Assembly: GCA_051941275.1 (NCBI GenBank)
Contig: JAVEBF010000005.1
Location: 1-64,000 of the forward strand
DNA length: 64,000 nucleotides
Direction of reading: 5' to 3'
DNA from: Dirinaria sp. TL-2023a
Lineage: Eukaryota
Shown here: positions 41,624-55,372 of the stretch, piece after piece
Numbering within the stretch: position 1 is the stretch's first letter
Layout: the number at the start of each line of letters is the position of its first letter
Made by a program: the position numbers and the translations under genes
The notes under the pieces: model-generated
What the model saw: only the letters and a program-made list of their open reading frames with translations
The model's database searches: none
Told to the model about the DNA's origin: nothing

Positions 41624-42062
41624 ATTGGGAGATGGAGGGGGTAGGATATTTCTCACTATGTGTTCGAGGAAGGCAATCACATTGCATGCTGATAGGAAAG
41701 AGCTACGAGTGAGACTTTTTTTGGATTAGCAAAGGTTTTCTTTGAATCATAGCTAAGAAGTAAAGTAATGGAGGAATAAGCAAGCCTATGAATACATGGC
41801 AAAAAAAGCCGTCGGCAAGCATACCGATATTGCAGGCTAGCTATGCATCTAGAATGCACTGCTGATGTAGCCAACCCTTTTCCAGCCGCGGCTGCACCAG
41901 TTTCAGATAAGCCCGATCCTTTCCCTTTCTCTTGGGTTGGGGGCCAGGTATGATATTAAAGAAAAAATTGTCAGAATAATGCAAGCGTGATTTTCGAAAG
42001 AAAAAAAAAAACAACAATAAAAAAGGGCAGAAAAGCAAGGCTGGATATGGTATGTGAAAGCC

Positions 42063-43791
42063 CTAAAGCCTCTCCCTCGCAAAGGTGCGTTCCGTGCCCG
42101 TCTCCTCCGACAATGGATGCTCAAACGACTGGTTCAATCTCTCCAGCTCGGCGCGGATACGCTGCAGCTCTGCGTCGCGCTCCTGGAGCGTTCGGAAACG
42201 AGGCGGGGCGCGCTCTGCGTCCTGGCTCACAAGCTGCTCCGCACGGTCGCGGTCGCTGGCGCTGGTCGGATAGCGTCGAGAATATATAGGACGGGGCGGT
42301 ATGGATCTAGATAATGGCTCGGGACGCGAATCGTCCTCGGGCAGCGATGCGAGCGAGTCTTCGGAGTCGCTGTTCTCGCAAATCGTGGGGTAGAGATCCG
42401 CGGTCGAAGTGTTGGAAGACGGCGCTATGACCAAGGTGCCGTAGGAATTGGTGGCGGAATTGCCGGCCAGCGATGAGACCGCCGAGGCCGACGCTGTAGC
42501 GGAAGTGAAGGATGAGTTAGCACTTGGCATGCGCTCATCGGGTGTCATGGTGGAAAAAAGAGTGTCCCACGCATCCTCATCGGGACTGAAGCTTCGTGAG
42601 CGGTCGCCAAGACCGTCCACCGTTGGCCGAGAACGAGCTGTTCCGGATTCGTTGGCTGGTGGACTAGGAAGATAATGGCTTCGGCGTGCCATGCGCCGAA
42701 GGTGAGGAAGCTCATCGAGAGCTCGGTCGGCCGTCTCCATTGCTCTATCAGCTGTCTGCATTGCTCTGTCGATCTCCTCTCGGGTCCGAAGGACTTGTTG
42801 CCTCGTTTCTGCAATTTCACGCAGCATTGCCGCGCTTGCGGGACCGCTAGGGATGGAAGCTGGGTGGATTCTTGACTGTGCTTCGGAGGAATTGAGACCA
42901 TTAACATCGAAATGATCATATCTGTGAGCTGGGGCAAAGCCAGAGGTGTAGTCCGGAGAGCCCGTAGGCGGGTCAGCTGCATGGCGAGGAGATCGCTCCG
43001 AAGGTTCCTCAAACGAGTACGGCGGCGTCAGAATGGACCTTGCAGCTGCAGCATGTGTTCGATTCTCGAAAAGCTGTCTTTCGAAGGGGGTTACGGATGG
43101 GAAATTGCCATTGCTGCCACTGGTACCCTGTGGCCTGCGTAGGATTTCGGAATACGAAGCACGAGCCGAGTCGGATACTGGGATCAGATCGGGCACAAGG
43201 GTATCATCGCCACTTTCGTGCACAAGCCTCATGCGCTCTCCGGGCCGCTCATAGCTCAATGCATCGCGAAGCAGAGCGCGGCCATGTCGCATGCGCTGAC
43301 GCTGGCTGGCTTCATGACGCTCTTGTTCAGCACGGAAGCCTTCTATTTGTGCACGCATCAACATTGAATCGGGTTGATTGGGACCGCGATCGCGTTCACG
43401 CTCGCGCTCGCGGTCGCGCATCTGCTCGCGACCACGGTGCATGGCCCATTCAACGGTGTCGTGCGCATTGCGGTGTCGTATAAAGTCTCGGAGCCTTCGA
43501 GGTTGATGTAGCTCTCGCGATAGAGTATCTGACTGTGCGCGCGATGATGGGCGATCGCGGCCATGAGGGGTGTACCTAACAGTTCGCTGCCGGCGAATGG
43601 CGGAGCGCGCCGGAGCAGAGGGATCAGCCTTGTTAGCGACTTTGGACTCGGCAGGCTCGGGTTCGACGAATATCCTGCGCGCACGACACGAGTCAGTATC
43701 GACTTATGGCCTGAGGAATTGACTTTTGAGCGATGAGGCAACCTGGCAGAGACGCGATTAAGCGCGGAAGGGATACTTACGGTAAACCCAT
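42063..43791 (-). CDS. Arg/Ser-rich, largely disordered fungal hypothetical protein
   Basis: An 11-nt first exon (ATGGGTTTACC|gtaagt) splices to IFVEPEPAESK...ARSAIRRQRTVR, in frame with the 459-aa ORF. Contains the block VDGLGDRSRSFSPDEDAWDTLFSTMTPDERMPSANSSFTSA. Confidence 0.72.
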
Positions 43792-44346
43792 GATTGTTTG
43801 GTAGCGAAGTAGGTGGACCCGAGTTTGCAGGAGTAGTGTTGTGAAAGACGCGTGACCACAAGCTTGATGTAGAAGAAAAAGTAAAGTGATTATTGATGGA
43901 TGCAACGGTGAAGTTCAATGCAAAGTGAAGGTGAGGCTACTTGGGCGACTGAGATTTGAGGTTGGGGAAAAGTTTGCGACAGGCGGAAGGGGCGAGTCGG
44001 GGGCTCGGGGCGACAGAGCGAATCGATCAGGCAAAAGCGCTAAGCCCCAGCTAGAAGTCGGGAATAATGTTTAGCCTCGAAAGGCTGCAGGGGGGTTGAC
44101 GCTACACTAGCGGTTTCGAAGCTCATCCGCAAGCACAACCAATCGTTCCCCCGTCACAGATCCTGCTCCAGACTCACCGAGATCTGCCGATGACTCTTTC
44201 GCTGCTTACTTTAGCAATGGTCGAGGGTTTGCGATTTACTGAGTGTAGATTGCGTCCCTCCTCAACGACGTGAGGGAGGCCTATGTCGCTTGACACAATG
44301 TTGGAGATAGCTGTCTTGAGGCTAGGCGTATCTGTTATAAGCGACG

Positions 44347-45588
44347 ATGATAAACCTTGGTCTTGCACGCATATCGCGGTTGCTGGCTGACACTCGACTT
44401 ACATGGAGGGCTATTCACGTTGCAGGTACCAATGGGAAGGGCTCGGTCTGCGCTTACGCTTCGGCCATGCTTCGTGCTGCCTCAATCGCTCATGGTCGGT
44501 TCACATCTCCACACTTGATCGATCGGTGGGACGGCATTACAATCAATGAGAAGACAGTGGACAAAAGCAGGTTTCTAGAAATTGAAGAGGAGATCAAGCG
44601 ACGCAATAGGTTTCTGGCAATTGGGGCATCGGAATTTGAGCTACTCACTGCCACTGCTTTCACACTTTTCACTCGAGAAAAGGTCAGTCTCGCAGTGGTC
44701 GAAGTTGGATTGGGCGGTACGGAAGACGCTACCAACGTGCTGCAAGATCCACTTGCCACAGTTATTACAAGTATCAGCAGGGACCATGAATCGTATCTTG
44801 GCAATACCCTCACGTCCATTGCGGAGCACAAGGCCGGTATAGTAAAGCCTGGAGCGCCATGCTTTATCGACGGTACAAATTCGCCAGATGTTGTTGAGGT
44901 CGTGAGAAGAAATGCCAAAAACCTTGGTGCTGGAGAAGTCATATGTGTTCCACAGCAAACCAAGGAGCACGAAAGATACATATGGAGCGTGTTGCCAGAG
45001 GAAAGCTTTGTACCACATCAGCGAACTCTGGTCTCATTAGCATATGAAGCCGTCAGGCATGCTTTGCAGGCTGATCACAACGCGCACAAAGTGATAGACT
45101 TACTACCCGCTGTCCGAGAAACAGTCTGGCCTGGCAGACTTCAGACTTTGAGCATCAAAGGCCTGACTGGCCGACAGGAGAGTGTTCTCTTGGACGGGGC
45201 TCATAACGTGGCTTCCGCAGAAGTTCTTGGATCTTATGTCAACAGCAAGTATCGTCTGAGGAACATCCCAGTGACATGGATTATTGCAGCTTCAAGTGGA
45301 AAGAATATCGCTGAAATCATGTCACGCCTAATCAGACCCTACGATGATGTGGTCGCAGTGCAATACGGCCCAGTAGAGGGCATGCCCTGGCTGAAAGCGG
45401 CCGAGACAAGTGAAATTTTGTCTGCCGCTAAGGAGATTGGTGTGCAGGATCAACGACTTGTCACCTCGACCACCGTTCGAGAAGCTCTTTGTATGGCCGA
45501 TCAGATTTCAAACGGTCGGCCGGTGGTCATTGCTGGAAGCTTGTATCTTGTCTCGGATGTGCTGCGTCTGCTACGGGAAACCACATAG
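44347..45588 (+). CDS. FOL3: Dihydrofolate synthase (FolC family)
   Basis: Intronless. IHVAGTNGKGS, FTSPHL, SEFELLTA, VEVGLGGTEDATN, WPGRLQ, LDGAHN and AGSLYLV. Confidence 0.88.
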   Translation: MINLGLARISRLLADTRLTWRAIHVAGTNGKGSVCAYASAMLRAASIAHGRFTSPHLIDRWDGITINEKTVDKSRFLEIEEEIKRRNRFLAIGASEFELLTATAFTLFTREKVSLAVVEVGLGGTEDATNVLQDPLATVITSISRDHESYLGNTLTSIAEHKAGIVKPGAPCFIDGTNSPDVVEVVRRNAKNLGAGEVICVPQQTKEHERYIWSVLPEESFVPHQRTLVSLAYEAVRHALQADHNAHKVIDLLPAVRETVWPGRLQTLSIKGLTGRQESVLLDGAHNVASAEVLGSYVNSKYRLRNIPVTWIIAASSGKNIAEIMSRLIRPYDDVVAVQYGPVEGMPWLKAAETSEILSAAKEIGVQDQRLVTSTTVREALCMADQISNGRPVVIAGSLYLVSDVLRLLRETT

Positions 45589-46197
45589 ATTTTGCATGTT
45601 GATAGATACTGTAGGTTTGAGCAACATATGTAGCAAAGCAATAAATTTCTATGCCAGCATTATCAGGAACCCCATAGCTTGGGTATTGTGGTAAATTCTC
45701 TGGTGAGTACCTGGAGAAACATTGCGCCATGGTGTCTAATGCAAAGCTGTTATTGATTACTGTGGTGGTGTTATGGTTGGGCAAAGCGGGCACGCGCGCA
45801 ACACCCAACCTCAAATTCGAAGCGAATTTGGTATCTACCTAATGCCGCGCAGAACAACCGATCCGGCCCCATATTTCCAATGCAGGTACAGCGAGACCAG
45901 TCCCACTACTGGAAAATACTGCACTAGTCTTGTTCGAAATCGTCACCCCCACCCGGTAGTGTACTCTGTGATATCACAGATATCGACGTACCTGATTTTG
46001 ACGATTATTACCCAGGGCAGGATCTCTTACGCCTACGGTATGGCCGGCCGCTTGACGTACTAGTGCCTCGATGATCCCCGAAGAGAATCTCCAGAATCTG
46101 CGAGTTTGTCAATCAAAGGCATGCTCCAAAGATCATGAAGCAACAAGCTCGCGTCGTCCAATCCGAAGCGTAGTCTGGCGTAAATGATTCTTGTCAG

Positions 46198-49100
46198 ATG
46201 ACGAAACCACCAAGCCTGCCACGGGCGGACAATGGGTTGGAGGAATATCAGAATAATGGAGGAAAACAGAAGAATGCCACGGCGTCAATACACGGAGCGA
46301 AAGCTCCAGCAGGGTCTGGCACACCACGCCAAACACAAAAGGAAGTGCCCAATCCCAAAGCACAAGATGCTACCGAGCTCAAAGACTACCAATTGGGAGA
46401 CTGCCTTGGCAAAGGAGCCTTCGGCTCTGTCTTTAGGGCGCTAAACATGGGGACTGGCGAGACAGTGGCCGTGAAGCAAGTCAAGCTCGCGGACCTGCCT
46501 AAAAGCGAGCTCCAGGTTATTATGCTGGAGATCGATCTCTTGAAAAACCTGGACCACCCCAACATTGTCAAATACCGTGGGTTTATCAAGACAGCCGAAG
46601 CACTGAACATCATCTTAGAATATTGCGAGAATGGATCGTTGCATTCGATATCAAAGAACTTTGGCAAATTTCCAGAGAATCTTGTGGGGCTCTACATGTC
46701 TCAAGTGCTACATGGCCTGCTATACCTCCACGAGCAAGGTGTCATCCACCGGGATATCAAAGGAGCAAATATCCTCACGACCAAACAGGGCTTGGTAAAG
46801 CTTGCGGACTTCGGGGTTGCTACGCGGACAACAACGCTGCATGAGTCAAGCGTCGTAGGAACCCCTTATTGGATGGCTCCAGAGGTTATCGAGCTCTATG
46901 GGGCTAAAACAGCCTCAGATATCTGGAGTTTAGGCTGTACTGTGATTGAGCTTCTGGATGGTAGACCACCGTATCACAAGCTGCAACCTATGCATGCCTT
47001 GTTTCGTATAGTCAACGATGATCACCCCCCTATTCCTGAAGGCGCTTCTCCTGTATGCTTCCGAAAATGCGCGGTCTCGACAACACTTGCTGACTGATTC
47101 TTAGGTAGTCCGAGATTTTCTGATGCAATGTTTCCAGAAAGATCCGAATTTACGTGTCTCTGCACGCAAGCTTCTAAAACACCCATGGATTGTCAATGCT
47201 CGCAGATCTGACTCTGTCGTGCCAAAGAAACCCACAGAATATGACGAGGCAGTCAAAAGTGTACAGGAGTGGAACGAAGCCTTGAAGTCTCCTAATGCAG
47301 GTTCTCTGAGACGAGCGTCTCGTCCTATGTCATCAAGTCCAATCCCCGGCTACCGTGATCAGGTACCTGGTTTGAAGACACCATCAAAGGTTGCACCCAG
47401 TTTGACCAAGCCTCGCGTGAATACAGAAATTTATCGGTCTCCAGAGAGCACAACAGATGATAATTGGGATGACGACTTTGCCTCCGCGATATCCCCAAGT
47501 GCATTGCAGCTACCACACTTGAAACCACACGACAATTATGGTGGTATGCTGTCTTCAGAAAAGCTCAAAGCATACGCATCTTTCGAGGCTGTGACCGAAG
47601 AGGCTAATTGGGATGACGAGTTTGAGGGCGAGCTCACAGTGAAAAGTCCACTACAAGTGACTAAGTCGGATCCGTTGCAGACCATCCGGCCTCATTATAC
47701 CAAAAATGCCGACACCGCCCAGATACAGCATACTGCACCAACGAAGTCTCCGCCGTCCAAGGGTCGCAAAGTCAAAGTCGATCCATCTTTATACAATAAG
47801 AAAATATCTCCAAAGCCTGCTAAAGTGCTGCCGCCGATTATGTCTTACGGCGAGGACTCTGCTGAGGACTATTCAGATCTTGTGGTATTGGAGGACACTG
47901 ACTTCAGCCGCCGAAAGGTCCTGAGATCCTAAGAGCATTACGCGCTATCCCCCGGTCATGATTTTTTACTGACTTGGTACATAGGAAACCGATTCGCGTT
48001 CGCCAAAGCTATTTCACCCCTCTGACTTAGGCAGTACAGCACGGTCGATGCACCCTCATAAGGTTGGCGGTAGTTTGAGACGCCAGCCTATTGCATCAAA
48101 GCAGCCATTGATGCGCAGGACACGCTCATCTGTCGAAATTCAGAAATACGCCGAAAATGAAGACGAAGACTTTTCCGACATATTCGGGAAAGGCAATGCA
48201 ATACCCAATAAACCAGAAAGCGACAGAGATTCAGAAGGAGGTACACTGATGCTGACATCAAGAATATCGAACAATTCCTGGTTGGGTGAAGACGAAGAGG
48301 AGGATGATCCATTCGCAGAGCTCGAGGAAGGGTTCGATGAGATGGATCTTGAAGCGAATGCCGCCCGCGACAAGTATGCTCGATTATGCACGCAGGTAGA
48401 AGGTCTTGTAGGCTCGTTAAAGACCACGCAAGAAGACGACCTACTCGCAGACATCTCCGAGCAACTGCTGGAAGTGCTGATCGATCTTCCGGACACTAAA
48501 AGAGTCATCATCAGTGCTCACGGGATGCTTCCGATATTAGAGATTCTGGAAACTTGCCGTCACCGTCATGCTATTTTCTTCCTCCTCCGGATCGTCAACA
48601 CTACGATACATAACGAAGTTGAGACTCAAGAGAACCTATGCTTCGTAGGAGGCATTCCTATAATCACGAAGTTTGCATCTAAGAAATACTCAACCGAAAT
48701 TCGAGCTGAAGCTGCAGCCTTTGTCCGTCAAATGTTCCAAACCTCGACCTTGACTTTGCAAATGTTCGTTAGCGCGGGTGGTCTGAAAGTCCTTGTCGAG
48801 TTCCTAGAAGAAGACTACGAAGAAGAAAGAGATCTAGTTCTCATTGGAGTTAATGGTGTATGGAGTGTATTTGAACTTCAAGGTCCTACTCCTAAGAACG
48901 ACTTTTGCCGAATCCTCTCAAGGAACTCCGTATTAGATCCTCTTTCATTAGTGCTCAGCAGAGTGCTTGATGAAGAAGGAGAACTAGCTGAGCTATGTGA
49001 AGGTCGTATAGCAAATATTTTCTTTCTATTCTCGCAGGCCGAGAACCATGTCAAGGAACTAGTTGCTGACCGTACAGTACTGCACCGTGGGTCGTAGTCC

Positions 49101-50448
49101 GCTTTCTTGGACAAGAATGCCATTACTGATGGACTGTAGGTGTTTTGAAAGAATTGAAGCGCATGTCGCCGACTCATCAGATTACCATGCTCAAATTCAT
49201 CAAGAACCTCTCAATGCTTTCAACCACCCTAGATTCATTGCAAAACTCGAATGCGATAGACGTCCTGACCGATTTGCTCCGGAATTCTTCAAAGGAGCTT
49301 CACTTCCGAGAAATCTCAAACCAAGTTCTCAATACCATTTACAACCTATGTCGACTCAACAAGTCGAGGCAAGAAGATGCCGCTCTGAATGGGATAATAC
49401 CAGTACTACAGCGCATAATTAAAACGGAGCGACCTTTGAAGGAGTTTGCTCTTCCAATCTTGTGTGATATGGCGCACTCGGGCAAGGTTGGCAGGCGTGA
49501 GCTTTGGCGCAATAAAGGCCTACCGTTCTATATATCTCTGCTAGCAGATCCGTACTGGCAGGTCACGGCTCTTGACGCTATCTTTGTCTGGTAAGTCCTC
49601 TTAGTCGGTTGAAAGAATCCAACTTACCGCTCGCTAGGCTCCAAGAAGAGACAGCGCGGGTTGAGGAACACCTCCTTGACGGCTCCTTCACTCAGGGCAT
49701 AATCAAGTGCTTTACTACTTCCAAGGCAAATGCGTTTGAAAACTTACTTGAACCTTTGCAAAAGCTCCTACGCTTGAGTCCTCCCATCGCCCTGAGCTTG
49801 GCGCATCCTGACCTCTTTGGCCGCATTTTGCAGAAACTCCAATCTAGCAAAGCCGTTGTCAGATTGAACCTTCTGCGGATTATTCGCAGTATCTGCGATG
49901 CAAGCGATGAGCCGGGAGGCCTGCTTACCCGCTATGACCTCTATGACACGATTCAAAGGCTTGCAGATCTTGATGGGGCGGTCCTTGTCAGAAACATGGC
50001 GGGCGAGCTGCTTAAGTCGAGCGAAGCCAATGATAAGCTGGGCATCAGTAGCAGCAAACGGAGACCCGGCAGACGTTCTAGCTCCTCGACTACCCCTCCC
50101 GGTCTGGTATCGAGTCAATCGATGCCTTCAACCCCAATGAGCGGCCGGTCTGTGCACTCCAATAATTACTTTCTTGACCGGGAACCAAGGGAGAGAACTG
50201 CCGTCAACGGCCGGATGTCTTACAGGCCGGTCAGTAGGGAAGGTTTTGGACCTAATGGCACTCCGGTTGTCGTCAACGGAAGTGGGCCCGCAACCAAAAG
50301 CCGCTTGCCACGGACCACCTCCGGACGCACGCCTCAGCACTCGATGCTCGCTTCGCCAAGGAAAGAAGAGAACATCATACCGGCAGCGTCAGCTCAACGT
50401 GCAAGTCCATTACCTGCGCCAAACTCTAGAAGACGGAGAGGCATGTAA
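46198..50448 (+). CDS. sepH: Septation initiation network kinase (SepH/Cdc15/S. pombe Cdc7)
   Basis: Kinase domain [29 protein letters not shown] and GTPYWMAPE, followed by a long helical-repeat C-terminal region. Four introns. Exact start uncertain. Confidence 0.9.
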
Positions 50449-51091
50449 GAGGAGAGATTAGGGAGACAGGGCGGCAATGGGAAATTTAGAGCGCGGCGTG
50501 TGGGAATAGGTTTACATTGGCTTTACAGAGCAGGCATAGGAGAATAGGATGCATGGTGGGTCCGGACAAAGCATAGTCAAGGCGTTCATTCATGGGTCCT
50601 CGTACAGGGGGCTACGCATGGCAGGGAACTGTGAATACTCGAGAAATTTGCATTGCTTGCAGCATTCTTCAAAACAGAGTAAATATGATTAGGGTAACGC
50701 TCATAAGAACAGTACATTTTGCGGAGCTGTGACCTGAGTTACTGGCGCCAAGGTGTCTGATCGAGTGTGCCCTAGAGCGTCGAGGACAATTACTTTGAGG
50801 TATTTCACAGCACCTCAACCAACATGTGGATACTGGAAGAATCAATAATGACTTCCATTAAATTATTAAGATACCTTTAAATTACCGATCATGTTACGAA
50901 CCTTCCCTGTTTGACTGGCTTTTAGATTACATGCGGTCATCGGTCCTTGATTGGGTTTAGGTCGAAGGGTTAAAAGTCACTTCACTCCTCATTGCTTTAC
51001 CCTCCCACCCTCAAACATCAACAACCATTACATACACCCATACTTGGCTTCACGACCGAACAAAACTCGAAAGTCCTTCAAAAAATCCAGA

Positions 51092-51921
51092 ATGGCTACT
51101 CTCAACTGTGAGCTTCCCCATTTGACATGCCTTGCAACTGTACAGCCTGTTGCACAAGGAACGCTCAAGGGAATTACACTCCAATCACGTTCGCGTTCCG
51201 GATGACGGGATCTCTGCTTGATCGCAGCCCATCATCCTGCGTACATCGGAGGCTGTGGTTCGGTTTCACTATCACTGCAACGCATGCAACCTGCATATTT
51301 ATCTCTTTCGTGTCCATCGACCAGAAAGTGATCATATCTTTACAGACGTCAGCTGACCCCACGGCACAGATCTCCCTCCCGTCAAGCCCTCGGCCATCGC
51401 TATAGGCACCGTTTTCAACCACGGTGTCTCTCTCGCATTGCTTGCGCCCGTTTTCGGTGACACCTACCACCGCGCCCAAGCCGCCAACTCCAAGGAGGAA
51501 TTTCTCAAATCGAAGGAGGCCGCTAGCGCTGCCGCTGCATGGGGTTCTTCTCTAGCTGGCAGTGCCCTCCAGACATACGGCGTTGGCGCTCTTCTGGTTG
51601 CGACTGGCACTTTGAGCTACAAAGGAGCTGCTTACTTGGGAGGCCTGGTGTTCTTGGCCAGTTCGGCGCCTAGCGTGAGTGTGGCTTTTTTTTTTCTGTC
51701 CGAAGTTGCTACCAACATGCATGGGATCATCGAAGCCTTTGCACGCCAACAAGCATGCAATACAAATAGCTGACCTAATCATTTAGTTCATCTCCCAAGT
51801 CTTCACCGAGAAGCGTCCGCTCGACACCGTCGCCGTGGGTGCTCTCGCCCGGGTCTTTGAGACCGTCGGCCTGAGCTTAGCCCTCAACTACTGGGGCGTC
51901 CGCCAAAATCCGTTTGATTAA
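51092..51921 (+). CDS. Small multi-TM fungal membrane protein (DUF1761-like)
   Basis: Three exons: MATLNYLPPVKPSAIAIGTVF...QTYGVGALLVATGTLSYKGAAYLG...FTEKRPLDTVAVG...WGVRQNPFD*. Confidence 0.72.
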
Positions 51922-53121
51922 ACAGTTCGCTGCGTGCCAAGGCTCAGATTGTCAGGAGGAGATTGTGATAGTTAGAGGGGGCCAGGACGACGGGGGAAAG
52001 GGAAGGTGGCAGTAGCAAGCTTTGCAGTAGCTAGTCTCCCAGTCAAACCAGTTCAGCTCAATTCTGTATCATTAGGAAAGTTGTTCCTCCGACTGTCCTT
52101 GCTTACGCCTCCTTGTTGATCCTATTTCTCCGCAACTCGACTCGCCTTCTAAAGAAGACCTTGAGGTGCATATTTTCTAACGGTCTCCATGCATCGATCA
52201 CCTTCCATATCCATATCATGTCCGTGGCTCCTTTAATAGTGTCCTCATTGACAAAATTTTACAGACCCATTTTCATTGAGCTCATGCGCATAAGCATGAC
52301 CGTGGTGAATGAAAGAAAGTACCATCTCTCCCATCCCTTGATATTACATCATGAACTCGGAGGTTTTAACACAATATCCTTCCCTCTGTCTCTGTATAAA
52401 ACCCCCCCGTATTTAACTCGAAAAGAGAAGAGAAAAAAAGAGAGGGAGAAGTGAGAAATATGCACGCACCTGTTCTCGAGATCTAGACAAGAAGAGTGTG
52501 GGGTTGTTTCGGCCTGGATTATATAGTTCAATGAGAAATTTTTCTTTTCTTGGTTTTACATGTTGGGTGTTTATTTGTTGTGTCAGTCATTACAGTCGAG
52601 CCCCGGTCTTGATGAGTTTTGATTATTTAGTGGAGGATGATATTGATGATGATGAGGGGTCTTTATTCGTGAAATAAGAGGAATTGGTTTATCAGCATTT
52701 TGTTGACACGCTTATAGCGTATGCGCGCTTTTAGGAGTATGGGTTCCATAGTACGAAGGTTGGAGGATAGCGAGGCGGATTTTGATGGTGGAGGAATTGG
52801 GGGAGCAAAAGGGGAAAAGGGAAGGGGAGATAGCGGTGGCAGGTATGGAAAGAAGCTATAAGACTACGTATTTTGTGATTTTGTATTTTCGTCGAGGAGT
52901 GTGAGATCAGATTAAAAGCAAATTTTTGTTTTCATTCTGGGTGTGATCGTTGCTGGCTAATACTAATGACTGATGTGCTGCAGCCCCCGATCCTTGAAAT
53001 AAGGTAGGGGTATTGTGCTTGCTTGCATGATGAATTGCGTTCTGTTGTAATCAAATCCATGTAGAACTTCGCTAAGGAAAGCTACGCCATTGTTTCCAGT
53101 AAGCTGCGAGGGCTGTTTGCA

Positions 53122-55109
53122 TCAGCGACGTGCCCTCCTTCTTCCCCCCCTCGTCCCCATTGAGTTCTCATCAAATCTCCCTTGTTGGCCGAGGTACGAC
53201 ACTTCGTCGTCAGATGCCATGCTGGTCCCCTGACGCTGTGAGCTGGCTTGGTGACTAGCGGGTTGAGCGAGTGAAGCGAACGCAAGACGTACCGGTGGTG
53301 GCCCCTGGAGATGTTGAGCTATGCCGTGTGTTTGTCGAAGGGCCGGAAGCTCAGGGCTCGGGTTGCGTGACGTAAAGTACGGACTCTGAGCGACAAAAGG
53401 ACTGGCTGAGCCGAGCTGGCCGAGCTGCTGGCGGTGGGTAGAGCCGCTCTGAGCACTGAAAGCGTCGGAGAAGAGGCTGCCCTGGTTCAAAAAAGGGCGA
53501 CCGCCAGCTTGCCCGCCGGTGTTTGAGGAATGTGTGTTGCGTGGTGTTGGCGGTAGAGTGATGCGACCTCGGGTCGGTGAGATAGCCTGATGACTGAGTC
53601 TAGGTCGTTGAGGAGTAGGTCTATGGAGGACATGGTCCAATTCGCCGTCATTGTTCGGGCGTGCAACACCCTGTCCATGGACGAAGTCAATCATGGTGCC
53701 GGGTACGTGTGGCGTCCTTGGGACTATTGGTGGAACCCATTGTCTCGCATCGAAGACCGATTGACCTATCGATTTGTATTGGGTTGAGGCCTGCGCATGC
53801 TTCGGGACTTTCGCTGCCCTCGACTGACCGTCATAGCTCGGATACTGTAGGTAGTCAGAAGTACCTTTGAGACCTGAAGTGGCTTCATGTTGGCTATTGA
53901 AAGGTCGATTCGATACTGAAGGCGTCCATGCCATAATACTTCCATCGCTACTGGACCGAACAGGGTGTATATGAGTCGGAGGAGCTTGCACCGGCATGGT
54001 GGCGCGTGCTGGTAGTTGCGGTGGAGGCATAGCAGCTCGGCTTACGTTCTGATTATTGCCTCCGAGGTCATCATTAATGGAAGGTGTTGGCTTATGGCCA
54101 CCACTGGTTGCTAAGCGCTTTCTCTTATCAGAGCGGCTTTGGGCAAAATGCTGCGCCCGTGGATTCGCTAGTTGCTGCGGGAAAGAGTGCAAACCTGGAA
54201 AAAAGACGGGCTGATTTAGATTTGCCAGATCAATAGGCACCCCATGCATCAATGGGCTTGCGGTATAAAGATTGTTAGTGGTAGTCGAGCGCTGCTGACT
54301 ACCAGTAGTTGCACTTGACCCATTTCCTGTCTCCTTCGTGTTTTCATCCAACAAGGCTTCATCGATCCATATTACATCTTGGCCCAATTGCTGGAGCATG
54401 TCCCTCGCAGCTTTAAGCTGGCTGGTAGTGGTTAATATGCTGGATCGGAGAAGATTTACTCCAGACTCACCTATCACGCAACTTCAACTTGACATGGGTT
54501 CCTCGGGCAAAGCGTAGGATGGAGTCATATTGGAACTGCAGTCAGGTCAGCTGTTGAAGAGCTTCCGTATCGGTTGTACTATACTCGCACGGCCTCCATG
54601 CCCCGATGATCGATTCCTTCAGCGGGTTCGTTGAAGCATTCTTCTGGGATGTTAGGGTCATGCTCGCCCTGCCCAAAGCCACGGATTGCAAAGAGTGGCT
54701 TCAAACTATGGTCTCCATCCTCAATTCTGCAAAGCGGACAACATGCTTTTGGTGACGTATTTTCTGGGTGGAAGGGAACGCCTGCAACAAAAGTTTTAGC
54801 ATTGAGAGATATGCAGCGTGTTTCTTTTGCTTAAAGTAGATACATACCGCCACCATCAAAATGCTTGGCACAGATGACATGACCGCAATCGGTCAGGTAG
54901 AGCTTGGTGATCGGGGCCTGGTTGAAGCCAAGGGATTGAGCTTCATCACCATAGATTACTGAAGGACAAGCCTGGCAGATGTGACAACTGAAGACTATGT
55001 CGTTGAAACTCGAAGATGCGTCGAGCATTGTATCTATGAACGGGCTACCTACTTCGGATTCAGTAAAACTCATAGGTCTTGGCCCACTCGGCACATGAAA
55101 TTCTGGCAT
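53122..55109 (-). CDS. N-terminal RING finger protein with coiled region and disordered tail (Zip3/RNF212/HEI10-like, putatively meiotic)
   Basis: Four exons splice in frame: CHIC...LYLTDCGHVICAKH...CPLC, then MEAVRFQYDSILRFA and a long Q/S/P-rich tail. Confidence 0.65.
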
Positions 55110-55372
55110 CGTTGTACTGCTAGAGCGAAGATGCAGCAAAACTAAGCGCATAAATGGGCAATACTACTTAGAAGCCAGCGATAGTCGGATGGATTCTTAC
55201 CTTTCAGAATGGACATGTAATTTTCCGAGTCCTGTCTAGCCTGTAGAATCATCAGGGCATTGTCCAACTGTGTGCTTTTGTGATCAAATACCCACCATAG
55301 ATAAGGATCCAAAGTGAAAAGCAAACCGCGTAACTATGTAATCGAGAGTCCTGGTAACGAACTGTCCTGATG

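Noticed and set aside
41033..41680. 215-aa antisense ORF over YFH7, and similar antisense ORFs over MSS116, FOL3 and DOT5
   Set aside because: These are shadow frames caused by codon bias of the real gene on the other strand.
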